From positions 124,001 to 188,000 of the forward strand of contig NIVC01000755.1 of the NCBI GenBank assembly GCA_002269645.1: a DNA stretch of 64,000 nt, written 5' to 3'. The notes below the pieces were generated by a model, which saw only the letters and a program-made list of their open reading frames with translations, searched no databases and was not told the origin of the DNA. Made by a program: the position numbers and the translations under genes. Positions 23,617-34,525 of the stretch are shown here, one piece after another. The stretch's first letter is position 1; each line of letters opens with the position of its first letter. The DNA comes from Macrostomum lignano. Taxonomy: Eukaryota.

Positions 23617-26144
23617 TTAAACGTGCCACTGCTCGAAACAGTCTCCAATGCACAGTCCCGGCTGATTCACACAACCCTTGCAGACGGTCACTGTGCGCTT
23701 TGATACTCCATTTCTGTAGCAGACGCGACAGCGCTTAGACGGACGTGGATTTCCCTGGGTAGGTGGGAGCTTCGAAGGAAAGTGTCCGTCACCAGCGTGT
23801 GTAGCAGGCATCGTCCGCATGCAACGCAGCTTCCCAGGGCCCGTGCTCCTCATTAGCCAAGTGATGCAGGTTTCCAAAAATCGCAGAAAAGGCCGCGGGA
23901 TCCACCTGAAATTCGGTAGGCAACCCAGCCATCGGTATGTCTTCCTGTTAGGGTGGTACGGTTGGAGACACGAGTCCAGTCTATCGACTCCTCCCATGAA
24001 TTTGGTGTAGTTCGCAACGCTCGTAGGCTTCCTAACCAGCTGCACTAGCCCTCCGCGGCGGATGGTCTGTCGCTCGACCGAGCCGGCAACACCGTGAGTG
24101 TCGAGGAGATGCAAAGTCTTGACGCCACTTGCCTTCTTGTCGGTCATCTTTATTGCCAGGACATCACCTTTACGCATGAAGCGAAAGCCGGGAGCTGGAA
24201 TATTAGCAATCTTAAGCGAGTCTGGGATGCCTCGATTTGCCTGGACTGAACCCGTGATTGTGGTGCCTTTCTCGAGAAGAAAACTGGCAAGTCGAATTGA
24301 CGTGAAAAAACTATCAGTGAATACTTGGTAGCCTAAGCCGAAAAGATCTTGCATGAGCTCAACAACAATTCTTTCAGTTATGCTGAGTTCAGCGCAGCCC
24401 AGGCCCTCTCCGAAGCGAGCATTTTCATCCGGTGTTGAATGAACGAGTATGTTCCAGAGATAGCCGGTTTTGGCGTCGACGAGGCAGTAGGTTTTTATTC
24501 CAAAGCGAGCCCGCTTCTTGGGAATATACTGCTCGAAAATGAGCTGAACCAGAACCAGCTCCTCGTCGACAGCAACTTCCCTGCCTGGTGAGTAGTTTCT
24601 TTTGCAAATTTGGCAAACATATTGCAGGAATGGGCGCACCTTTCTTAGTGGATCGTCGGCGTTCGTGTTGTCCTGGAAATCATAGAAGCTGTCACGTTAT
24701 TGGTGTGGTGGCTGTAACCCTCAAAGGGCCGTTTTGACGAGAATTACTTGTCACGTTAAGTCGTTGTAGTCCCAAATTAATTGTGAAGTCAAATTCTTGC
24801 GGAGCGGATTGTGTAGCGGAGCACTTGGCGTTTAAAGGCAGAGGACTGCCATAAGCTGGTTTATTGTCGTTATTAATATGGTTAATGTCAATACAAAGCT
24901 TATAGCGTTCTGGGGCACTGGCGGCTGCAACAACGGGTTGATGTAATTGAAATTATGAAGTCAAGTAGTTGACGAAGGATGCAGTGGCGACGCAACGTAG
25001 TAAGTGATGGCGGTGAGCACTGTGATGGCAGTGAGTAGCAAGTAGACAAGCAGACACTGTCGGGACAGTGGCGGGATTGGGCGTTAGCCCGTGGCAGTGC
25101 AAGGTGGAGCAAGAATGTGTAAACAAGCCTGGCCCAGACGGAGTGGAGCCGTGGCGAGAGATAAGGAGAGAGAAGGAAAGGAAGAAAAGGAAGGAACGCA
25201 AGAAACGCAAGGAAGGAACGCAAGGGAGGAACGCAAGTGAAAACCCTCCAGTCCGCCGCCAGGCGGGGTTAATAAGGGAGCGCAGGAGGGTTAGCATAAT
25301 ATATGCGGAGAGTTATCATTGGCTGGCGGGGGAAAAGCGAGAACTGAAATTATTGATTGCGCGAGACCCTACAGATGTACGCAAAGATTACAATGTACGC
25401 AATGATTAGCAATTGATACAGATTCGTTGGGCGCTACTACAAGTAAACGTGAGAATACACGATTGGAGAATATTAAATGAGAAATTGTAGTGAAATTGTA
25501 GTCCAACGGCCCTTTTGCGGGACCACCTTAAACTGGCAACGTCACAAAGCGTAAGAAGGAGAGGATTTGTTGGAAGCGCTCTCGAGCGATGCAAAACTCG
25601 CCTTGAAACAGGCTACTGCCGTAAAACTCATCAGTGGACCAATATGCACGAATGTCGGGCTTTTTGACGACACCCATGTACATGACTATGGCTAGCATCT
25701 TTTTCATCTCGGAAATTGTGCAATCGCGCCAAGCTGACAACCTTGCAGGCATTTGACCAAGACCATCTTCTTCGCATGAATGCACCTCGGCCCATGCCCT
25801 AGCATTGGTACGTAAACTTGCATAAAATTTCCAATAGATCGTCAGTAACGAACATTGAAAAGAAACTTCCGATTCAATTCTCAACGTCGGCGGGAACGTG
25901 AACTTCATGATTCAACACCTTCAACACCGAAAAATTCCACATCAGCGCTTTCTCGTGTGTCCGTCTCCTCAGTCACGCCTCGCCACTGCATTTTAGCATC
26001 ATCGCCTTGTTCTTCAGTCACATCTTCATCTATAGATTCCTCCTCTAAAATCTCGTCCTCGGAGCCGTCGTCAGAATCGCTCGAGACCTCAGCTGGCCCA
26101 CCACGAAGACCCACAAGAGCCTGACGAATAAACTGCATGGCCAT
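23617..26144 (-). pseudogene. piggyBac transposase (PGBD-like), frameshifted and LTR-interrupted
   Basis: Acidic N-terminus; AVDE, QYIPKKRARFGIK, FTDSFFTS, MGGVD motifs; C-terminal Cys-rich domain. Removing the LTR restores SFLRF-YDFQDN...DPLRKVRP. Confidence 0.93.
24690..25546 (-). mobile_element. Solo LTR, 857 bp
   Basis: TGT(C/G)ACGTT inverted termini, 4-bp TSD AAGC; CCAAT, TATA-like and AATAAA elements on the minus strand. Excision restores the piggyBac frame. Confidence 0.92.
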
Positions 26145-26581
26145 ATTCGATACAGAAAGCTCTAATTTAAATAACTTATAATGTAACAGCAATACAAAAT
26201 AAGGCCTATAACTTTACAAACAGAATACATACACAAATGGAAAGCGTACTAAAATGTTCAAACACAAAATAGTATAAAAAGTAACACAGGAAAAATAAAA
26301 TTAACCGTAATAAAGAAACACACAAACCAGGCGGTCAATCGGTGGAGCTGTGAATTAAAGAAGATCGAAATCAAACGATTATAAACGCCGTAAAATAATA
26401 AGCCGCTCGTAAAGAAAGAAAGATAGGCAAAGCGAAAAATTCCCGCCTAGCCGGCACTTGAGGGTGTGCTGCCAAATTTTTTGCGGCCACAAAATATTCT
26501 ATAGTACGCTATGCGTATCATCCGTCACTTGCGTGAGTGAGACCCAAAGGCATCAGTGTGAAAGAGGTTAATGCGAGTAGA

Positions 26582-27235
26582 ATGGTTTCGACAGAGAGCA
26601 AGAAAATCTTTTTGACGGAGATGCTACGCAGAAGAGATGTGCTGATGGGGAAGTTCAATGATCTAGCGGACGGAAAAAGAAAAAAGTTGCAAGCGTGGAC
26701 GGAAATAAAGTCCATCCTGGACGCTCAAGGTGTGAACAAGTCAATAATGCAGTTGCGCGACACACTATGGAAAAATCTACGACTGGCGGCACTCAAGAAA
26801 GTCGATGAATCGAGAAGGACTGGTAACGGTGGAGGCCACGAGAAACAGCTAAGTGAAATTGACAACTTAGTGCTGGATGTTATTGGTCGCGGAAGCGTGG
26901 GCGTGAACGGCCTGGCCGTCGAAGATTCGGAGATCTTTGATGATTGCAGTGAGAACGTTGGCGGCTCGCCGAGTCAACGAAGCCCGGAGTCGGCCACGCC
27001 GATGAGCCGCGACGTTGGCGGCTCGCCGAGTCAACGAAGCAGTTCGACGTCCATGATGGTACTCCTCGGGGAGACCTCTTCTACAAATGCGAGGCCTGGA
27101 AGGAAGCTATTGAAGCGTAAAGCTGTCTGCACCGGCGATAAGGACGAGAAAGAAGAGCTGCTGTTGGAAAACCTTCGTCTGCAAAATGAGAAACTGAGGC
27201 TGGAGATAGCGATCCTTCACCAGAATAATTTCTAA
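26582..27235 (+). CDS. Harbinger Myb/SANT-like DNA-binding partner protein (open ORF)
   Basis: RDVLMGKF...KLQAWTEI...QLRDTLWKNLR...KKVDESRRTGNGG pattern and a C-terminal coiled-coil LENLRLQNEKLRLEI. Confidence 0.85.
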   Translation: MVSTESKKIFLTEMLRRRDVLMGKFNDLADGKRKKLQAWTEIKSILDAQGVNKSIMQLRDTLWKNLRLAALKKVDESRRTGNGGGHEKQLSEIDNLVLDVIGRGSVGVNGLAVEDSEIFDDCSENVGGSPSQRSPESATPMSRDVGGSPSQRSSSTSMMVLLGETSSTNARPGRKLLKRKAVCTGDKDEKEELLLENLRLQNEKLRLEIAILHQNNF

Positions 27236-27409
27236 TGAATATGTACATCTAATGACGAAACTGTCTTTAGTTTTTACATTTCACGTTGCTACATTTCATG
27301 TTCTACTATCAGCTGTTCAATTGTTTACGATTGTGTTACAAAGTTAAGAATGAAATGAATAAAACTAATATACTTCTGTGTTTTAAAAACACATAAAGCG
27401 AGAGAAACT

Positions 27410-28429
27410 AAGAAGTTAACGCTAGGTAAATTTTGTTATTGAGCAGCCGCAAATGTCGCAATGAGTGCATTCCGCCTTCGTACGCCCGGAGTGGATCGCC
27501 GGCGATCTTATCTTCTTCGTCTCCAACGCCAAGCACTTCCGACAAACGCATCATCCTCGGGTCCCTCAAGGACAATACAGAGGTTATGCAGAACGACACA
27601 CGTTTTTATGATCTCAGCAGCAAGCACGGGCGTCGAAACTCGCAGAAATCGGAGGCACGGAAAGAGGAGTTTGAGTAGGCCAATGCTTCGCTCAACTAAT
27701 GATCGAGTCACTTTAAGTGACCTGTTGAATGCCCGGGTAGCGGGCAGAACTGGAGGAATGAGCCAATCTAAACATGGGTATATTGAGTCACCAAAAATCA
27801 CCGCGCCAGGAAACGGCCGAAAACCGTCTCTCTCGAAAGCTGTGAAAAGTCGACTATTCCGCAGAACACGGGCATCGTTGACGCTCCCGGGCCAGGACGA
27901 GTTGCATGCTAGGAATTGATGTTGTGGTCCCGAGACGAGCATAACATTGATGGAGTAATTTCCTTTGCGATCTACATACTGTTCTTCGTTGATTGTGGGC
28001 GTGGCGATAGGGACAAGGGTGCCATCCACGATGCCACAGACACTCGGCATGCCGGCCATGTTATAGAAATCTTGACTGAACGTCACAATATTATCTTGTG
28101 GCCATCTTACATGACGCTGAAACAGTTCTTCGTTCACTACCCTTGACACTTTACGTACAATGTGACAAACAGATGATGCAGAAGGGCGTGAGCGTCGCGA
28201 AGCACATGATAGAAGCTGTTCGTCGCATAGAAACGAAGAGCAGTCAAAACCTGTTCTTTAGGAGAGAGAGCATGGTTTCTCTGCGTTGATGGTGCCAGAC
28301 GGTGTCCGATTTGTAGTAACAAATGTTCCGCAGTCGCAGGGCTGAGTCTGAATCTCTGCACAAAATCTGCAGTAACAGCGAAATTACGCCTGTCCAGGAA
28401 GACTCGAGCTCATCTTCCTTCTTGCTCAT
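27410..28429 (-). pseudogene. Harbinger DDE transposase of H3, frameshifted
   Basis: RFRLS, LTALRFYAT, GIVDGTL, YVDRKGNYSINV, WPGSVND, FGDSIY, VERSIGLLK, VLHN motifs spread over several frames. Confidence 0.9.
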
Positions 28430-28847
28430 TTAGGTGACCGTGTAAATGAAAAAAAATCATTCGCTAGCCGTGTTCGAGGCTGGCTAGAAATTTACTACTA
28501 AATAGACACTGCTTTTCTAACACGGCTAGTTTTATGAAATCGAAAATACTATCATGTTCCTGTTGCCTCAACGGCTTTTACCATAGACATCAAGCTGTGG
28601 CTTGATAGCTATGCGTTTATGAAACCCAGTCATGGAAAAGCAGTCAAAGCCACAGAATGTATCCCCACTTGCCCCGGGCAGTTGTCTATGTTTTTAAGCT
28701 TTTAATTTATTTGCACTAGTGCAATAAATTATTTATTTCACTTTGCATCGATTCAAATAAATTAACTATAACACAGAACTATAACACAACCATAGACAAA
28801 CAGAATTAAACTAGCGAACGAATCAATAATCAGTAATGTAGTTAGTA

Positions 28848-29501
28848 TTGGTTTTTGCATGCTAAGTGAGACATTTTTCAAGCAATCTGAGACTGAATAG
28901 CAAAAACACTATTGTCTATGGCCACCCCTCGCTGCAGCCCAGCTTTTGGGCGCGCCTTGCAAGTAAAGTGAGACATTTTTTCAAGCTAAGTGAGAACCAT
29001 ATTGAAAACAAAGGGGTGGTTTTACGAAATTACAAAATGATGTACTGTTGGAAACTATATATTTAGAAAAGGATACGCAGGAACACAACAAAACAAGCGG
29101 TACAAAAATTGTTGATAATGTTATAAGCGTTCAAATAAAGGGTTGCATGTTGATACACTGAGCAAACTTTCGAGTGCAGTGGAGCTCCCAGCCTGCGATC
29201 TTGTGCGGAGTAATGACATGCAGCGATTCTCTTCCAAGCCGATCCATCAGCATGTATCGCCAATCATCTCGTGTCATGCCTATCCTCTCTATCCTCGTTG
29301 CTTGTTAGACGCAGTTGATTTGCCATAGCCCAGCCTTTGTTTTCAATATGGTTCTCACTTAGCTTTAAAAAATTTCTCACTTTGCTTGCAAGGCGATCCC
29401 AAAAAGCTGGGCTGCAGCGAGGGGTGGCCATAGACAATAGTGTTTTTGCTATTCAGTCTCAGATTGCTTGAAAAATGTCTCACTTAGCATGCAAAAACCA
29501 A
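28848..29501. mobile_element. Non-autonomous Mutator-like (MULE) foldback element
   Basis: ~165-bp near-perfect TIRs and 9-bp TSD TAGTTAGTA (28839-28847 / 29502-29510). A 5-bp TSD reading is also possible. Confidence 0.8.
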
Positions 29502-29536
29502 TAGTTAGTAGTTAATGAACTTATTAGTTCTTCTAG

Positions 29537-30792
29537 CTATTTGAACTCAATCTTCACAGTGTTGGTTTCGCCATCCGCCATGATTATCATTCGTTTGCTA
29601 GTCGGTGGAGTCACAACAGTTTCGGTATCGGTATCAGACACGGTAATCGTCCTTTGCGACACGATACTGGTAGATGCACAGACAGTAGTCGTATCTCCAC
29701 TTAGTACAGCAGACTGCCGCTTCTGCCGTTCGGTTGACGGCGAGATGTACCCCTCCAGTGCCTTGGCCGTCGAGTGCCCAGTGATTTTGGCGATGTCCCC
29801 ACGTTCAACACCAGCATCGTGGAGCTGGGTAGCGCAGGATTTTCTAAGGCTCTGGTTAGTAAAGCGAACGGCACTGTTCAGACGGACTTTAGCAACGGTA
29901 TCCTTGACTAGCGTAGCGAGAACATTCCTACCAATGGGTTGGACGCTGTACCAGGCCTTACCATTGGAATCCAACCAGTTGTTATTGGCAGATAGAAACA
30001 GTGCGGTAGAGCAGTTCTCAGGACGCAGTGAGACATACTTTGAATAGAGGCAGACAACGCACCTCTCAGGGTCTGCAGAATGGTACGCCTTGACCAGTTT
30101 GGGTTGCTTTAGATGGCCCTTCAAACCGCCCTGGTATGCTTTGGTGCGCTTGCGCTCTTCGTAGACCAGACAATCTTCATCACCGGCAGCACCGTCAAGA
30201 GTAATCTCGCGCCTGTATTCCAAGTCGCGCAACTCGGTGCCACCACGAAGTCCGAAATGCTTTGCAACTAGCCAAACAAGAGTACTTACTAGCTGCCTTG
30301 GATTGGCTGATCCTAGAATGCCAGCACTCCAGAGCTCTTCTTCGATAGTTCTAGATACAGGTTCGGACTTGTTGAGGCCGACTCCATTGCCTTCTGCTGT
30401 GGACAATTTCATCGATGCGTCTAAAGCCTTTCTACTTTCGGAAAAGGCGGGATCGGTCCACAGACACCAATCCTTAGAATAGGTGTTGCGCATTTCATAC
30501 TGAAGCATTGAAAAAAATCCTTCAGCGTTCCAGCAGAGTATCTTTCGTTAGCTCTCGTCCTAACCTCCAGAATAAATAACTTCAACTCGGACTTCTCAAA
30601 CTCGTCAATTTCCTTCAACACCATTAGTGATGACCCACCGTTCCTGGCCCATTCATTCTTTTTATGCTGGTGCCAGATCTTGAATGTCGAAGCCATCCAC
30701 TCGCTCTTTTTACGAGTGTTTTGTGGAGTCGTACCATCCACGATTGCAGCGGCCTCCTCCTCAGTCGGATTAACAAACCGATTTAATGACAT
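29537..30792 (-). CDS. Crypton tyrosine recombinase C2, near-intact (one -1 frameshift in an A7 run at 30511-30517)
   Basis: DUF3504/ZMYM-like YR fold: FGLRGG (R), WYSVQPIG, TNQSLRKSCAT (R), ITGHS (H), LEGY (Y). Confidence 0.9.
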
Positions 30793-31213
30793 GGCAATTC
30801 TTCGCTTAGTCTGAACTATTGACGAGTTCTATGCGTCGCTCTCTCTTATACTTCGATTGGTACAGTCAACTCCTTCAGACTCTTTAATCATAGACTAGAA
30901 ATTTTCTGACCTCGTCCGTTTTCCCGTTTCAAGTTAGGGATACATTCTGATATAGACCATAGACATCTAATAATTTTTAAAAAATTGTCTTAACGTTCTT
31001 AAATGTGGGGGCTCTGCCCCCACACCCCCGCAAGGGGGCTAAGCGCTCCCTCGACCCCGCTTTCCCTGTTACGCTGCTTCTACTTTTCAGTGTTGGATAC
31101 AAATCATATTCCCAACTCATTTAGTTGTATAGGGCCAAAAGCACTCGGTATCAGAAACACTCTGAAACACCTCGTGCTTTTGCCCGCTAGACAACAAAAT
31201 AAATAGGGAATAT

Positions 31214-31741
31214 TGTGACGTTGGCGGTTCTTTTATTCTCCCAGTTCGTCGATTAATATCTACTAAAAATATTTAATATGTATTTTATTTATATCAATTG
31301 GTTTCACTTTTATGTGTATTGAAAATAGTGAACAATGCTTTGTTTTACTGCATTAAAATAGCTATATTTAACATTTTGAATTCTGTGGCTTCGGAGAAGA
31401 CTGCGCGCGGGAAGTGCGGCTGCTGTTCCTATCGCCAGCAATTTGATTTTCGTAAACATTGAAAAAACAGTAGTTCCAAATCGCTCTTAATTTAGTAGTG
31501 TTACCCACTAAGGTCATCTTCGAAGCCATTCCATCGACACTACAATTGTTCGTTACCAATTACTGTTTAGCATCAGCTATTTACCACTACCATGTACCGT
31601 TCGGGTTTGTAACCTGCAAATATACATAATCCGTAATCAAATAATCGGCGCCGTCAGTTATCGTCACCACTAACTGTGTGTTCAATCACTACTTTAATAG
31701 CAGCCCGTCAGCACGCGAACTCGGACCAGATATCTGTCACA
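31214..31741 (+). mobile_element. Solo LTR, 528 bp
   Basis: Starts TGTGACGTTGG like the other LTRs, ends TGTCACA, 4-bp TSD ATAT. Confidence 0.65.
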
Positions 31742-32170
31742 ATATTATACATTTATACTAACAAAAATGAACAGGTTAGCTGAATTATCTATGGTGAATT
31801 AACGGTTGAGATTTTCTGTGGGGAAGAGCATGGTAGACGAAGGGAGACGGCTAACTGAAAAGTACGAGGGTAAATTGCAAAACAGAAAGTACAAATAATT
31901 GGAGGATGGAAATCCGACAAAGATAGTATTGTCAGCAGATCAAATATGCAACAGTATTTTTATCGAAACAAAATTCTAACAGTTACAATATTTTGCTTCT
32001 TTCAAGGCATAGTAACAGCAAACAAAAAAATGACAAATTTGCAGCAAGTTTTTTGGGTCAACAACGCGTAGCTCTGCCTCGAGAGAACTTCTAGAACATT
32101 GGCGAACCGGCCCTATCGTTTTGCAGACGCTCTATCTCCAGCCTCAATTTTTCGTTTCGTAGTCGTTAGT

Positions 32171-32292
32171 TGATTATAAGGTATCACCCCCATGGACTGA
32201 TTTATCTGGCCCACAGACAAGACTGAGGACTGCGTTTATTTGGCCTCGGCGAAGCCAGATAAATCAGTCCATGGGGTGATACCTTATAATCA
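32171..32292. mobile_element. Short foldback element, 39/40-bp IR around a conserved core
   Basis: Arms at 32171-32210 and 32254-32292. The loop contains CTGAGGACTGCGTTT...GGCCTCGGCGAAGCC, shared with 19070-19197. Confidence 0.75.
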
Positions 32293-32791
32293 GCTGCCCA
32301 TGTATGCGTAAAAAATCAATCTCAAACTTGGATAGCGGTTAGTTGGTAAAATATCTATGCCAACTAGCCGTATGATAGCTTTGTAAAACCGATTTTGGGT
32401 CTCACGACTGGCATTTCTGACCATAGACCATAGCTTTTGATTTAACTTTTATGCACAGGTTAGAACATGAGTGGCTACTAGGGTGTATCGGTTTAAGCCG
32501 ATCGCCAAAATAGATGTCGCAATTTTTTCCGCCGTCGAATTTGAAAGCCTGTATTTGTTTGTCTGAGCAAGCCTTCGACAATGCCCGCTGCGTTGAGAAG
32601 CATTAACAATAGAATATGCAAACTAGAATAAAAGTTACATAGTAGAAGCACTACAGAATGAAATTATCTTCATAGACACGGGAGTACTATTACATCGCAT
32701 AGTTAAATAAAGACATAACTTTTTTATTGTTATAGACGCTTTTTTTAATTTAGTCTTTTTTATTTTAATTTAGTAATTTAGGACCTGAACG

Positions 32792-33130
32792 CTGACGGAG
32801 TCATTCGAGCAAAAAGTTGACGCGGCGCACGCTGGCCTGCTGCGCGCCGCCTTCAAGATCGGCTACGAGCGAGTGACCAACGCGGCTTTGTATCGCCGCG
32901 CCGGCCTGGTTCGTCCAAGCGACCTGCTGCGCCGTTGGCGACTCCAGCTGGCAGGTCACATCATCCGCACCGAGTCGTACTGCCCAGAGCCGGTGCAGGA
33001 GGTGCTGCTGGTAACGCTGCAGGAACCCTACCGGCGGGGGCAGGCGAGCACTCGACGTTTCGTCGACTGCCTGCTGGCTGACGCCGGCGCCCCGGATTCG
33101 GCCGGCGGCGTGGCGTTCATTCGCGACCTG
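32792..33130 (+). pseudogene. 3' fragment of a non-LTR retrotransposon (RTE-like, region after the RT domain)
   Basis: LTESFEQKVDAAH..LLRAAF...VTNAALY...LLRRWRLQLAGHIIR pattern; GC-rich island. Confidence 0.75.
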
Positions 33131-33132
33131 GG

Positions 33133-33455
33133 GGGTCTTTCTCGAAAGCAACTTACGATCGACCATAGACGTAAGTTGGGTAAGCTACACTTACGGGTTG
33201 CTCGAAGGGCTCGCAAGTTAGCTATGCGAAAGATTGATCGCAACTTTACGAGTTCGTAACTTTGCGCAAAAGACTGTTTCTCAAAACGTTCGTATGTCTA
33301 TGGTCTTTCGTAAGGTTGATCTTAAACCTACGACTGCTCGTTATCAGTCGTAAGACACACTTAAGCACTAATCGCATAGTACGTGAAGCTTTAGTCAAGC
33401 CAAGTCAAGTTAAAAATTTTTCGAAGGTGGGTCTTTCTCGAAAGCAACTTACGAT
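33133..33455. mobile_element. Harbinger/Tourist-like MITE remnant
   Basis: 27-bp GGGTCTTTCTCGAAAGCAACTTACGAT repeated directly at 33133 and 33429. The family assignment is by resemblance only. Confidence 0.4.
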
Positions 33456-33630
33456 AGACAAAGTAAAGATAACGCTGACGCTGACGTTATCTCGTCAGCG
33501 TTATATATTTGCGTGCAAATATAAATCTCATATATTTGCAGATTTATGACCATAGACATGCACCTTTTCGTTTCAGATGCATATGTACATGTACAACTTT
33601 GTTGATGGCGCCAACAATGAATTAATTATA

Positions 33631-33906
33631 CTCAGCAACATTGAAAAGTCGGCATCACAGAAGATTCCGTCTGTGGTCGCCACTTTTGAGAGAGTGCAGG
33701 TAAAGTCTTTCTCAATATTTGCGAGTGACGCAACTCAGCTACGCCACCGGCAGACTTGAGTTGAGGAATGGAGTGGGGGAGCGGTGTGCGAGGTTTGGAC
33801 GGATTAAAGCTACCCCGATCAGTTTTTCTGGCATCTTTTATTTCAGAATAGTCCAAGAGAAATTGATCACTGGCGCATAGAGTGGCGACTTTTCAATGTT
33901 GCTGAG
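33631..33906. mobile_element. Tc1/mariner-type MITE
   Basis: Perfect TIR CTCAGCAACATTGAAAAGTCG flanked by TA on both sides. Confidence 0.8.
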
Positions 33907-34130
33907 TATATAGAGTCAAGCTGGACTGTACGCGTTACTGTTTGCGTTGAGCTAGTTAGGTTGACTTTGACTTGACTGCAAATCACCACTATAGTTTACT
34001 ATATACTATACGAGCGCGGTAAATCCGTCCGCATTACTAATTATATATTTATTAGAGTATAGACGAGAGGCGGCCCACAATTGATCCGTACCGTATGGTC
34101 CGTATATACATGTAGCTGTATATTGCCGGC

Positions 34131-34525
34131 AGAAATGCAATACACGTATTTTTAATAAGCTACATGTAGCCTTGAAATCTTAAAAAATCTCCTGTCAAAA
34201 TTCTAACCCTAACCAAAACCCTAAATTCAATATTTTGTCCATGAGTTTTTGCATGATCGATGCTTCTATGATTTTTGGCATGACGCTTCCATTGTTTTTG
34301 CATGACGCTTCCATTATTTTTGCATGATGCTTCCATGATAAACATTTTTAATAAGCTAAATGAGCCAAGTTATAAGCTACCCTAACCCTAACCCTAACCC
34401 GAATCTTAACGCAATAACCCTGAACCTAACCCTAAACCTAAACCCTAATACCAACCCTAACACTAACCCTACAGCCTGACATCTGCATAAGTTTGTGAAG
34501 AGCTAGTATTATTTTTTAGCTTAGT
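34131..34525 (-). mobile_element. Degenerate family B Helitron remnant (E0)
   Basis: 34131-34200 matches 41551-41620. Contains a few 23-bp units and TAACCC repeats. Termini decayed. Confidence 0.55.
34379..34470 (-). repeat. Degenerate (TTAGGG)n telomere-like tract within Helitron; also at 34730-34801 and 41738-41791
   Basis: Runs of CCCTAA/CCCTAG on the plus strand. Confidence 0.8.

Larger units (their letters stand above)
23175..26464 (-). mobile_element. piggyBac element (boundaries approximate)
   Basis: Transposase inside. piggyBac-like end CCCTCAAGTGCCGG on the minus strand at ~26451-26464, without flanking TTAA. A TTAA at 23175 is a tentative left limit. Confidence 0.6.
22644..28542. 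mobile_element. PIF/Harbinger element H3 with nested piggyBac
   Basis: Left TIR GGGGCCGATTTCATAAAAAAGCTAGCCG. The right TIR matches (CGATTTCATAAAACTAGCCG) but lacks the terminal GCCCC. Convergent Myb and transposase genes. Confidence 0.85.

Noticed and set aside
23179-26507. 11-bp inverted repeat GTACTATAGAA as the piggyBac TIR
   Set aside because: Does not start with a piggyBac-type CCC/CAC, lacks TTAA on the right, and is short and AT-rich enough to be chance.
29537-30792. Phage/ICE integrase (bacterial contamination)
   Set aside because: The sequence pattern is Crypton/DUF3504-like and it is embedded among eukaryotic TEs.
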